From: Mobula hypostoma
Lineage: Eukaryota
Reading direction: 5' to 3'
Length of the DNA: 64,000 nt
Assembly: GCF_963921235.1 (NCBI RefSeq)
Contig: NC_086108.1
Coordinates: forward strand, 101,310,001-101,374,000
Shown here: positions 36,400 to 48,647 of the stretch, piece after piece
How positions within the stretch are numbered: the stretch's first letter is position 1
Layout: each line of letters opens with the position of its first letter
Notes under the pieces: generated by a model
What the model saw: only the letters and a program-made list of their open reading frames with translations
Database searches by the model: none
Told to the model about the DNA's origin: nothing
Translations under genes and position numbers: made by a program

Positions 36400-38840
36400 T
36401 GGGGGAGAATGGAGGGAAATGGAACAAAAAGGAAGCCAAAGCTAATGTAAAAGCAAAAGAGAGGGCATACAACAAAGCAAAAATTAGCGGGAGGATAGAG
36501 GATTGGGAAGCCTTTAAAAACCTACAGAGAGCATCTAAGGAGAGAAAAGATAAGATATGAAAGAAAGCTGGCAATCTATCAAAGTGGATAGTAGAAGTTT
36601 TTTTACAAGTATGTGAAAAGAAAGATTAGAGTGGATACAGGACTGGTGGAAAATTAGGCTAGAGAAATAATAACGGGAGAACTAAGTGAGTATTTTTCAT
36701 CAGTTTTCACTATGGAAGACACTAGCAGTGTGCCACATGTTAAAGGGTGTGAAGGAAGAGAATTGAGTACAGTTACTATTACAAGAGAGAACTTGCTAAA
36801 AAAAAAAGCTAGAAGATCTAATCGCACGTAAGTCACCTGGACTAAGTGAACTACACCCCAGGGGTAGAGGTAGTGGAGGAATTAGTAATGATCTTTCAAG
36901 AATCATTGGACTCTGGCATGGTGCCAGAGGACAGGAGAATTGCAAATATCACTCCACTCTTTAAGAAAGGAGGTAGGCAACAGAAAGGAAATTATAGACC
37001 AGTTAGCCTGATCTCAGTGGTTGGGAAGATGTTGGAGCCAACTGTTAAGGATGAGGTGATGGAGTACTTGGTGACACACGACAAGATAGTACAAAGTCTT
37101 CAGGGAAAATCTTGCCTGACGAACCTGTTGGAATTCTTTCAGGAGATGCAAGTAGAATAGATGAATGGTTGCAGTGGATGTTGTACATTTGGACTCTCAG
37201 AAGGCTTTTGACAAGGTGCCACATATGAGGAAGCTTACCAAGATAAGAGCCCATGATATTCCAGGAAAGTTACTGGCATGATTAGAGCATTAGCTGATTG
37301 GTAGGAGGCAGCGAGTGGGAATAAAAGAATCCTATTATAGTTGGCTGCCAGTGACTAGTGGTGTTCCACAGGTCGGTGTTGGGACCACTTCTTTTTGTGC
37401 TGTATGATTTAGATGATGGAATAGATGGCCTTGCTGCCAAGTTTGCAGGTGATACGAAGATTGGTGGAGGGGCAGGTAATGTTAAGGAAACAGGAAGGCT
37501 GCAGAAGGACGGGCAAGAAAGTGGCAAATGAAATACAATGTTAGAAAATGCACGGTCATGCACTTTGGTAGTAGAAATAAGTATGCAGACCATTTCTAAA
37601 TGGGGAGAAAATCCAAATATTTGAGATGCAAAGGGACTTGGGAATCTTTGTTCAGAACACCCTAAAGGTTAACTTGCAGGTTGAGTTGGTGCTGAGGAAG
37701 GCAAATGCAATATTCGCATTCATTTCAAGAGGCCTAGAATACAACAGTGGGATGTTATACTGAAACTTTATAAGGCACTAGTAAGGTCTCACCTTGCACA
37801 TTGTGAACAGTTTTGGACTCCTCATCTGAGAAAAGATTTGCTGGCTTTGGAGAGGGTTTAGAGGAGGTTCACAAGGATGATTCTGGGAATGAAAGGGTCA
37901 TCATAGGAGGAACATTTGATAGCTCTGGGTCTGCACACACTGGAATTTAGAAGTTTGAGGGGGATCTCATTGAAATCTTTCAAATTTTGAAAGGCCTAGA
38001 CAGAGTAGATGTGGAAAGGATGTTTTCCATGTTGGGGAGTGTCTAGGACCCCCAACCTGGTATGGAAGTTGTCCTGTCCAAGTCTGGAAGAAGTTGCAGA
38101 AGATCATGAACACAGCCCTGCACATCACACAAACCAATCTTCACTTTACACCGCACGCTGTCGGAGCAGTGCTGCCAGGATAATCAAGGACACGACCCAC
38201 CCAGCCAACACACTTTTCGTCCGTCTTCCCTCCGGGAGAAGGCTCAGGAGCTTGAAGACTCACACGGCCAGATTTGGGAAAAGCTTCTTTCCAACTGTGC
38301 TAAGACTGCTTAACGGATCCTGACCCGGATCTGGGCCGTACCCTCCAAATATCCGGACCTGCCTCTCGGTTTTTTTGCACTACCTTACTTCCCATTTTTC
38401 TATTTTCTATTTATGATCTATAATTTAAATTTTTAATATTTACTATCGATTTGTACTCCAAGGAGCGCGAAGCGCAGAATCAAATATCACTATGATGATT
38501 GTATGCTCTAGTATCAATTGTTTGGCAGCAATAAAGTAAAGTAAAAGAGGGCACAGCCTCAGGATAGAGAGGCATCCATTTAAAACAGAGATATGGAGAA
38601 TTTTTTTTCAGCCAGGGGGTGATGAATTTGTGGAATTTATTACTACAGACAGCTGTGGAGGCCGGGTCATTTAAGGCAGAGATTGAAAGATTCTTGGTTG
38701 GATATAGCATCAAAGGCTAGAGAGAGATGGCCAGGGAGTGGGACAGAGGAGTTGAGAAAATGATCAGCCGTAATTGAATGCCAGAGCAGACTCGATGGGC
38801 CAAATGACCTAATTCTGCTCCTATGTGTTATAGTCTTATG
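36400..38840 (+). mobile_element. CR1 LINE ORF2 with 3' end
   Basis: NYRPVSLISVVGKMLE, GKSCLTNLLEFF, KFAGD, CR1 3'UTR at about 38700-38840. Confidence 0.88.
38051..38544 (+). mobile_element. Rex1/Babar 3' fragment nested in CR1
   Basis: IIKDTTHPANTLFVRLPSGRRLRSLKTHTARFGKSFFPTVLRLLN; (GTAAA)n tail. Confidence 0.88.
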
Positions 38841-39929
38841 GTGGTGAAATGGGAATATACTGGAGAAAGTATACAATGTGATAGAGGGGATGAAAGATTA
38901 CATGAAAAAGTGAGGCTATTGAAAGAATGTAGTGCACGGATTAGTTAACAACAGTGGAATGAGTAAATTATGGAGCAGAATATTCCATTGTAAGATGCTG
39001 CTAATAGACAATCTTTCAAGTCATTAACCTGAAACACTCACTAGGGATAGGGTTCCTCTTGTACTCACCTACCACCCTACCAGCCTTCACCTCCAGCGCA
39101 TAACTCTCCGTACCTTCCACCATCTCCAGTGGGATACCACCACTAATCGCTGGACTCAGTTGCAAAATCTCTTCTTCTAATGTTCTCAGTATTTGGTACT
39201 TAGTTTTTTTTTGTATTTGCGCATTTATTTTGATTTTTGCACATTGGCTTTTGTCCAACTTTGTTGTGTGTAGCCTTTCATTGATTCTATTCTGTTTCTT
39301 TGTATTTACTGTGAATACCCACAGGAAAATAAATCTCTATGAAAATAAATTTACTTTGAACATAGAACTTCTACTGGTGCCCCTTGTAAATGTACTCAGA
39401 TTTTGGGAGGGCTTTGCTTGTGATGGACTGGGCTGTATCTACCACTTACTAGGGTCTTTACCATTCCTGAACACTGGTATATTCTATATCCCATTAATAC
39501 TGCTAAACAACAAGAAGAATTGAAAAGGGAGATCAACAGTGCTGACATAACCCAAAGGTAAGGCAAATTTTTCATCTGGCAAGTCCAGGCCAGAACAAAA
39601 CTCTTTGACTGGAAAGCCTTGGAGCTCAATCTGGAGAGAATAGGAAAGACTGAAACATCTTTGCTATCCATCAAGAATACCTGTAGCCTGTCAAGTTCAT
39701 CACCATTGGGCATGTGGTCCAATGGTGTTGGACATGAATTGGCTGAAGTAAATATGTAAATCCACCAGAGACAGAGCTTTTCCCAGGCAGCCCAATCGAA
39801 TTAAGAGAAGAGGTTACACTTAGGCTGGGGTGAGAGATTTAAAAGGAGCATTCATGAGCTTTTGTCTTTTTCCGGCTGCCTAAATGAATCACAATTCATT
39901 AGCAAGTGTAAATAAAGATAAAATAGGGT

Positions 39930-42900
39930 CAAGTGGAGTGGTCATTGTTGGGACAATCTGTGTTAGAGTAGGGAGGCTTTGGCTCTATGAGCTTTGTTGA
40001 GAAGAGGCCTAGGCACGTTAAGTTTCTAGTAATCTTCTTCTTCATTCTTTATCTGTTGGTGCATTATTACTGCAATGAGAATGTCTCCAGAGGGTGTTGT
40101 GTGTTCTTAGTGTGAGGTGTGAGTATTCTGAAGACCTCCAACCTCCTGATAACCATATCTGCAACAGGTCCATTGAGTTGCAGCTCCTCAGAGAACATAT
40201 TGAGGAACTGGAGATGCAGTGACTGGGTCTCTGTCACTACGTCTACTGCTCTGGCTCCATAGGGAAAGAGGGAGAAATGGACTGTAGTAGTGAAAGGGAA
40301 TTCCATAGTTGGAGGAGTAGTCACAAGATTCTGTGGATATGAAGGAGACGCCTGGATGTTATGTTGCCTCCAAGGTAAACCTCAGAATTCTAATAGACAA
40401 CAGTGAGCAGCCAGAAGTCTTGGTACATATTGGCACCAATGATATAGGTAGGAAAAGTGAGGATGCCCAGAAGGGAGAATTTAGGAAGCTAGGTAGAAAG
40501 CTGAAAAACAGAGCCTCCACAGTAGTAATCTCTGAATTACTGCCCATGTCATACACCATTGGGGTAAGAATAGAATGATTTGGCAGATGATTTCATGGCA
40601 GAGGAACTGGTGCAGGGGGTAGGAGTTCAAAAAGCCATTGCACAAGCATTCTACAAATTCTCCCTTTTGAGATCCTGTACCAAATTCATTTTCCCAATAT
40701 ACCTGCATATTGAAATACTGGATCGTAGAGATTTCTTCTGGGGAAAGTATGACCTGTACAAAAGGGATAGGCTGCACCTGAACCCAAGTGGGACAAATAT
40801 CTTTGCGAGCAGTTTTGCTAAAGGTGTTGGGGAGGGCTTAAGCTAAATTGGCAGGGGGATGGTAACCAGACTGATAGAGCTGAGGACGGAGCAGATGGTA
40901 TACAACTTGATGCAGTGTGGAGTGAGACTGTGAGGAAAGACAGGCAGATGATTGAGTAAAATTTCAGTCAAAGGGTGAATTCAAGTGAAACATGAAAAGG
41001 GGAATGAATACAGGACTGAAGGTGTTATATCTGAATGCATGCAGTATACAGAATCAGGTAGTTCTTGTAGTGCAGTTAGAGATGGGCAGATATGACATTG
41101 TGGGCTTCACTGAGTTGTGGCTGAAACAAGGTCATAGTTGACAGCTTAATATCCAAGGATACACATTTTTATAGCAAGGACAGGCAGGTAGGCAGAGGGG
41201 GTAGTGTGGCACTGTTGGAACAACAATGAAATTAAAACCTTAGAATGAGGATTAGAAGATGTAGGATCTCTGTGGGCAGAGTTACAAAACTGCAAAGATA
41301 AAAATACCCTGATGGGATTTATATACAAGCCTCAGAACAGTAGCCAGGGTGTGGGATACAAATTACACTGGAAGATAGAAATGATAATAGTCATGGGGGA
41401 ATTTCAATATGCAGGTATATTGGGAAAATGAATTTGGTACTGGACCTCAAGAGGGAGAATTTGTAGAATGCCTGTGAGATGGCTTTTTAGATCAGCATGT
41501 GGTTAAACCACTGGGGGAAATGCAAATCTGGATTGGGTGCAAATCTGGATTGCAATGAACTGGAATTGATTAGAAAGTTTAAGGAAATAGAAACCTTGTT
41601 GGCAATCATCATGACAGTGGAGTAAAAGGAATTAGAGGCATGAGAGAGGAGCTGGACAAAGATGAATGGAAGGGGCAGTAGCAGAGATGACAGCAGAGCA
41701 TTAATGGTTGGAGTTTTGGGGACTAATGTTGAAGGCACAGGACAGACACATCCTAAAGCTGAGGAAGTATTCTAAAGGCGGTGTGATGCAACTGTTAAAC
41801 TCAAAAAATTCATAGAAACAAAAAAGAGGGCAAATAATAGAGCAAAACTTAGTGGGAAGTTAGAGGATTGGGAAGCTTTTCAGAAAACAACAGAAGGCAC
41901 TAAAAAAGCCATAAGGTGGGAAAAGATAAAAATATGGTAAACTAGCTGATAATATCAAGGAGAATATCAATTTTTTTCAGAGATATAAAGAGTAAAAGAG
42001 GTGAGAGTAAATATCAGACAACTGGAAAATGACACTGGACAGGTAATAATGAAATGGCGGCTGAACTAAATAAGTATTTTTCATCCTTCATCACTGAAGG
42101 ACAGTAGCAGTATGCTGGAAGTTCAGTATGTCAGGGGGCAGAAGTGAGAGCATTTGCTATTACTAGGGAGAAGGTGCTTGGAAAGATAAAAGGTCTGAAG
42201 GCGGATAAGTCATCTGCATCAGATGGACTATACACCAGGTTATGAAACAGGTAGCTGGGAGATTGTGGAAGAATTGATAATATCTTTCAAGTATCACTAG
42301 ATTCTGACATAGTTCCAGAGGACAGGGAAATTGCAAATGACATTCCAGTTTTCAAGAAGGGAGGGAGGCAAAAGAAAAGAAATTATAGGCCAGTTAGGCT
42401 GATCTCAGTGGTTGGGAAAATGGTGGAGTCGATTGTTAAAGCTGACGTCTCAGTGTACTTGGAGGCACATGATAAAACTGTCCCAAAGTCAGCATGATTT
42501 CCTCAAGGGAAAATCTTACCTGATAAGTGTGTTGGAATTCTTTGATGAAATAATAAGCAAGATAGACAAAGGAGAATCAGATTCAGGTTTAATATCACCT
42601 GCATGTGACATGAAAATTGTTAACTTAGCAGCAGCAGTTCAATGCAATGCATAATCAAGTAGAGAGAGAAAAAAAAATACAAGATAAAATAAAACCATAA
42701 TAATAAATAAACAAGTAAATCAATTACGTATATTGAATAGATTTTAAAAATGTGCAAAAACATAAATACTGTATATTTAAAAAAAAAGTGAGGGAGTGTC
42801 CAAAGCTTCAATGTCCATTTAGGAATCGGATGGGAAAGGGGAAGAAGCTGTTCCTGAATCGCTGAGTGTGTGCTTTCAGGCTTCTGTACTTCCTTCCTGA

Positions 42901-44145
42901 TGGTAACAATGAGAAAATGGCATGCCCTGGGTGCTGAAGGTCCTTAATAACCAGTGCTGATTTTTACTTGGATTTTCAGAAGGCCTTTTACGGGGTGCTG
43001 CACATAAGGCTGCTAAAGAAAATAAGGGCCCATGGTATTACAGGAAACATATTAGCATTGATAAAACAGTGGCTGACTGGCAGGAGGCAAAGAGTGGGAA
43101 TAAAGGGAACTGCTGGCGACAGGGGGTCTGCATTAGGACTGCTTCTTTTCACGTTATGTGTCAATGATTCATATGACAGAATTGATGGCTTTGTAACCAA
43201 GTTAGAGAATAGCGGGGACCAAGCGTAGTGTATCTAAGTTTGTTGATAACACTGAATAGAGTGGAAAAGCAAATTGTGCAGAGGATGTGGAGAGACTACA
43301 GAGAGATATAGATAGGTTAAGTGAGTGGGTAATGGTCTAGCAGATGGAGTACGATGTTGGTAAATGCATTGGAAGGAAAAATGGAAGATCAGATTATTAC
43401 TTAAATGGTAAAAGATTACAGCATGCTGCTGTGCAGAGGCACTTGGGAGTGCTTGTGCATGAATTGCAAAAGGTTGGTTTGCAGGTGCAGCAGGCTATCA
43501 AGAAGGCAAATGGAATGTTGGCCTGCATTGCTAGAGGGATTGAATTTAACAGCAGGGCAGTTGTGCTACAACTGTACCGGTAATGGTGAGGCTGCATCTG
43601 GAGTACTGTATGCAGTTCTGGTCTCCTTACTTGAGGAAGGATATACTGGCTTTGGAGGTGGTGCAGAGGAGGTTCACCAGGTTGATTCCCGAGATGAGGG
43701 GATTAGACTGAGGAGAGATTGAGTCACCTGGGACTGTACTCCCTGGAATTCAGAAGAATGAGAGGAGATCTTATAGAAACATAAAATAATGAAAGGGATA
43801 GGAGAAGATAGAGGCAGGAAAGTTGTTTCCACTGGTATGTGAGACTAGAACTAATGGCATAGCCTCAAGATTCGAGTGAGTAAATTTAGGTTGGAGATGA
43901 GAAAGAACTGCTTTTCCTGAAAAGGGGTGAATCTGTGGAATTCTCTGCCCAATGAAGCATTGGAGACAATGTCGGTAAATATATTTAAGAAAAGGTTGGA
44001 TAGATTTTTGCATAGTAGCGGAATTAAGGGTTATGGGGAAAGATAGTAGTGGAGATGAGTCCATAGTCAGATCAGCCATGATCTTATTGAATGGTGGAGC
44101 AGGCTGGATGGACCAGATGACCTACTCCTGCTCCTATTTCTTACA
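39930..44145 (+). mobile_element. Near full-length degraded CR1 (composite, rearranged)
   Basis: ORF1 esterase VHIGTNDIG and DRLHLN; ORF2 DFQKAF; 3'UTR at about 44030-44145. Interrupted by a short repeat at about 42575-42950. Confidence 0.8.
42575..42950 (-). mobile_element. Rex1-related short 3' fragment, (CTGATT)n tail family
   Basis: Same family as 48505-48645 joined to 53430-53607. Confidence 0.6.
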
Positions 44146-44164
44146 TTCTTAAGATATGATGATA

Positions 44165-44920
44165 GCTGGATAGGCAGGCAGTGTTGAGGAAGTAGAGAGG
44201 CTGCAGAAGGACTTAGACAGATGAGAACAATGAGCAAAGAAGTGGTAGATGGAGTACAGTGCCAGGAGGTCATGCACTATATCAGAAAGAACAAAAACAT
44301 AGGTTAACTTGCAGATTAAGTCAGTGGTGAGGAAGACAAATGGAATACTAGCATTCATTTCAAGTGTATCAGAAGCTTTATAAGGCACTGGTGAGGCCTT
44401 ACTTGCCGTATCGTGAGCAGTTTTGTGCCACTTATCTGAGAAGGGATGTGCTGACGTTGGAGAGGATTCAGAGGTGCTTCATGAGAACGAAGCTGGGAAT
44501 GAAAGGACCATCTCATGAAGACCATTTGAAGGATCCTGGCCTTTACCTGCTGGCACTTAGAAGAAGAGGGAAGATCTCATTGAAACCAATTTAATGTTGA
44601 AAGGCCTGGAAAGAGTGGATGTGGTGATGATATTTCCTATAGTGGGGCAGCCTAGGACCAGAGTGCACTGCCTCAGAAAAGTAGGATATCCATTTAGAAT
44701 AGAAATGAGGAGGCATTTCTTTAGCCAAAGGTTGGTGAATCCGTGGAGTTCACTGCCACAGGAGGCTGTGAAGGCCAGGTCATTGGGTGCATTTAATGCA
44801 GTGGGTGATGGGCTCTTGATTAGTCAGGGAGTGAAAAGTTATGAGGAGAAGGCAGGAGAATGGGGTTGAGAACCGAAAATGGATCAGCCATGATGAAATG
44901 GCGGAGTATACTTGATGGGC
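44165..44920 (+). mobile_element. CR1 3' part
   Basis: LYKALVRPYL, FFSQRLVNPW. Confidence 0.8.
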
Positions 44921-44934
44921 TAGTCTCCATAAAA

Positions 44935-47250
44935 GAGGGGTACCGTCTAGCAGATGGCTCATCGTGGGAGCAGTCATCAGAGTGGTAAGGCTTTGGCTCA
45001 ACAGGGTCTTGGCGAAAACAGGTGGAGGCAAGGCAAATAGGTAAGTTTAACAGGTAGCCTCCAACCTGATGGCATGAACATTGACTTCTCTAACTTCCAT
45101 TAATGCCCCACCTCCCCTTCGTACCCCATCTGTTATTTATTTATTTATTATTTTATTAATTTTTTTCTCTCTCCTTTTTCTCCCTCTGTCCCTCTCACTA
45201 TACTCCTTGCCCATCCACTGGGCTTCCCCTCTTCCCCTTTCTTTCTCCCTAGGCCTCCCGTCCCGTGATCCTCTTCTTTCTCCAGCCTTGTATCCCTTTT
45301 GCCAATCAACTTTCCTGCTCTTACCTCGCCCTCCTGTCTTCTCCTATCATTTCAGATCTCCCCCTCCCCCTCCCACTTTCAAATCTCTTACTATCTCTTC
45401 TTTCAGTTAGTCCTGACGAAGGGTCTTGAGCTGAAATGTCGACTGTACCTCTTCCTATAGATGCTGCCTGGCCTGCTGGTTCACCAGCAATTTTTACGTA
45501 TGTTGCTTGAAATTCCAGCATCTGCTGATTTCCTCATGTTTGCGTAGGTAAGTTTATTTCCTTATTTCTGATTTCTTTTTCCCAATTTAATTCTTGAGAG
45601 AATAGGGGTATATCTACAGAGCTAGAGTTCTGTTATCGGTGTCCAGGAGTCTAACAGCCTTCCTGATGGCCAAATATGCACTAGGTGCATCGAAACGCAG
45701 CTCCTTAGGGACCATGCTGAGGAACTGGAGCTGCAGCTGGATGACCTTCAGCTTGCTAGGGAGAGTGAAGAGGTGATAGACAGGAGCTACGGGGAGGTAG
45801 CCACCCCAGGCTTGCAGGAGACAGATAAATGGATGACTGTCAGGAGAGGGAAGGGAGATCATCATATAGTGGAAAGCACCCCTGTGGCCATGCCCCTCAA
45901 CAATAAGTATTCCATTTTGAATACTGTTGCAGGGGACGACCTACCTGGGGGAAGCAACAGTGGCTGTGCTTCTGGCATTGAGTCTGGCCCTGTGGCTCAG
46001 AAGGGTAGAGAACGGAAGAGGATGACAGCAGTAATGGGGGATTCTATAGTTAGGGGGCCGATAGGAAATTCTGTGGACACGAGAAAGAAACATGGATGGT
46101 AGTTTGACTGTCTGGTGCCGGGGTCAGCGATGATTCTGGATGCGTCCACAATATCCTGAGAAAGGAAGCTGAGCAGCCAGAAGTCATGGTGCATCTTGGT
46201 ATCAATCACATTGGCAGAAAAAGGGAGGTGGTATTAAAAACAGAATACAGGGAGTTAGGAAGGAAGCCGAGAAGCACCACCTCAAGGGTAGTAATCTCGG
46301 GATTGCTCCCTGTGCCACACAAAAGTGAGGATAGGAATAGAATGAGGTGGCAGATAAATACACGGCTGAAGAATTGGAGCAGAGGGCAGGGATTCAGATT
46401 TCTGGATAGATTGGGAACTCTTCTGGGGCAGGTGTGAACTATACAAGTTACACTTGAATCCAAGGGGGACCAATATTCTTGTGGGCAGGTTTATTAGCGG
46501 TGTTGGGAGTGATTTAAACTAATACGATGGGGGTGGGAACCAATATGACAGAGCTGAGAGTAATCCAGCAGGTTTACAAATAGATGATGGGTATAATGTG
46601 AATGTAAGGAAGGACAAGCCAATGATGGGGTACAAATGCAGACAAAGCAAAGAATTGAATTGTACCACAGAAGCAAATTTCAAAAGGGTGAAGAATGCAG
46701 GACTGAAGGTGCTTATAGCCTTTGGAATATGGTGGCCAAACTCATGGCGCAATGGTCGGTATAATGTTGTGGGCTTCACTGAGTCTTGGCTGAAAGAAGG
46801 CCATAGTTGGGAGCTTAACATCAAATGATATACCTTGTATTGAAAGGACAGACAGGTAGTGGTGTGGCTCTGTTGGTATAAGATGGAATTACATCTTTAG
46901 AAAGAGGTGACATAGGGTCAGAGAATGTTAAATCTTTGTGGGTGCAGTTAAGAAAATGCAAGGGTAAAAAAAATATTATTGGAATCATATGTAGGGAGCT
47001 GGAAAAGGCATGTAATAAGGGTAAAGACACAATTGTAATGGGCGACTTCAATATGCAAGAGTTTGGGAAAATCAGGTTGGTGTTACATTGCAAGAGAGGG
47101 AATTGTTGAATTCTTTTTAGAGCAGCTTGTGCTTGACCCTGGAGAGGAAAGGCTATCTTAGATGGGTGTTATGTAAAAAACCCAGATGTTATTAGGGTGC
47201 TTAATGTAAATGAACCCTTCGGAGACAGTGATCATATTATGATTAAATTC
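44935..47250 (+). mobile_element. CR1 5' part (5'UTR, ORF1 esterase, EN start)
   Basis: VMGDSIVRG, VHLGINHIG, GFTESWL, GDFN and GDSDH remnants. Confidence 0.85.
45050..45544 (+). mobile_element. PLE 3' fragment inserted in CR1 5'UTR
   Basis: 12-bp TSD TAGGTAAGTTTA (45038-45049, 45545-45556). GSLQPDGMNIDFSNF C-terminus. Hammerhead-like motif at 45408-45445. Confidence 0.88.
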
Positions 47251-47254
47251 ATAA

Positions 47255-48505
47255 TATCCAGTACTAGAGGGCACAGCCTCAAAATTGTGGAGTGAACTTT
47301 TAGAAGAGAGGTGAGGAGAATTTTTTTTTTAGCCAGAGAGTGGTGAATCTGTGAAATGCTCTGTCACAGACTGGTGGAGGCCAAGTCAGTGGGTATATGC
47401 AAAGCAGAAGTTTCCTGTTTGGTCAGGGCATCAAAGAATATGGTGAGAAGGCAGGTGTATGGACTTGAGTGGGATCCAGGATCAGCTCTGATGGAATGGT
47501 GGGGTAGACTCGATGGGCTGAATAGCCTAATTCTGCTCCTATTAGTCATTGGCTGTGTGGGAGGTGCCAAAGAGTGGTTGTAGATGGTTGCATCTCTGAC
47601 TGGAGGCCTGTGACGAGTGGTGTGCTGCTGGGTTTGTTGTTGTTTGTCATCTATATCAATGATCTGGATGACAATGTGGTTAAATAGATCAGTAAATTTG
47701 TGGATGACACCAAGATTAGAGGTGTAGTGGGACCTGGAGCAGTGGAAAAATGGGTTGAAAAATGGCAGATGAAATTTAATACAGACAAGTGCGAGGTGTG
47801 CATTTTGGAAGGACTAACCAAGGTAGTTCTCACTCTGTGAATGGTAGGGCACTGAGGAGTGTGGTAGAACAAAGGGATTTGTGAATAGGGGTCCATAATT
47901 CATTGAAAGTGGCATCAAAGTTAGATAAGGCCATAAAGAAAGCTTTTGGCATATTAACGCTCATAAATCAAAGTACTGAGCACAGGAGATGGGATGTTAT
48001 GTTGAAGTTGGGTAAGACTTTGTTGAGGGCTAATTTGGAATATTGTGTGCGGTTTTGTTCACATAATTACAGAAAAGATATAAATTATGTTCAAAGGGTA
48101 TGGAGAAAATGTACAACGATGTTGCTGGGTCTGGATTAAAAGGAAAGATTTAATGGGTTAGGACTTTATTCCTTGGAACAGAGAAAATTGAAAAAACGGT
48201 TTTGACAGAGTTATACAAAATTATGAGGTGTAGAGATAGGGTAACTGCAAGCAGCTTTTTCCACTGTGGTTATGTGGGACTACAACCAGAAGACATGGGT
48301 TAAGGGAGAAAGGTGAAAAGTTTCAGGGGAACATGAGGGGAAACCTCTTCACTCAAAGGGTCGTGAGAGTGTGAAATGAGCTGCCAGCACAAATAGTGCA
48401 TGCAATTTTAAGAGAAGTTTCGACAGGTGCATAGATGGTAGGGGTATGGGGGTATGGTCCCGGTGCAGGTCAATGGGAGTTTAAATGGCAGCTTAAATGG
48501 TTTCA
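47255..48505 (+). mobile_element. Two CR1 3' fragments in tandem
   Basis: 3'UTR at about 47440-47545, then an RT fragment (SKFVDDTK, LEYCVRF). The second copy's 3' end resumes at about 53608. Confidence 0.75.
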
Positions 48506-48647
48506 GAATCAGAATCAGGTTTATTATCACCAGCATGTGATGTGAAATTTGTTAACTTAGCAGCAGCAGTTCAATGCAATGCATAATCTAGCAGAGAGAA
48601 AAAATAATAATATTAAATTAAATAAAATAATATTGATAAAAAATAAA

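Noticed and set aside
39396..39722. 108-aa minus-strand ORF as an upstream CLCA exon
   Set aside because: No HEWAH or other CLCA motif found in the frames examined.
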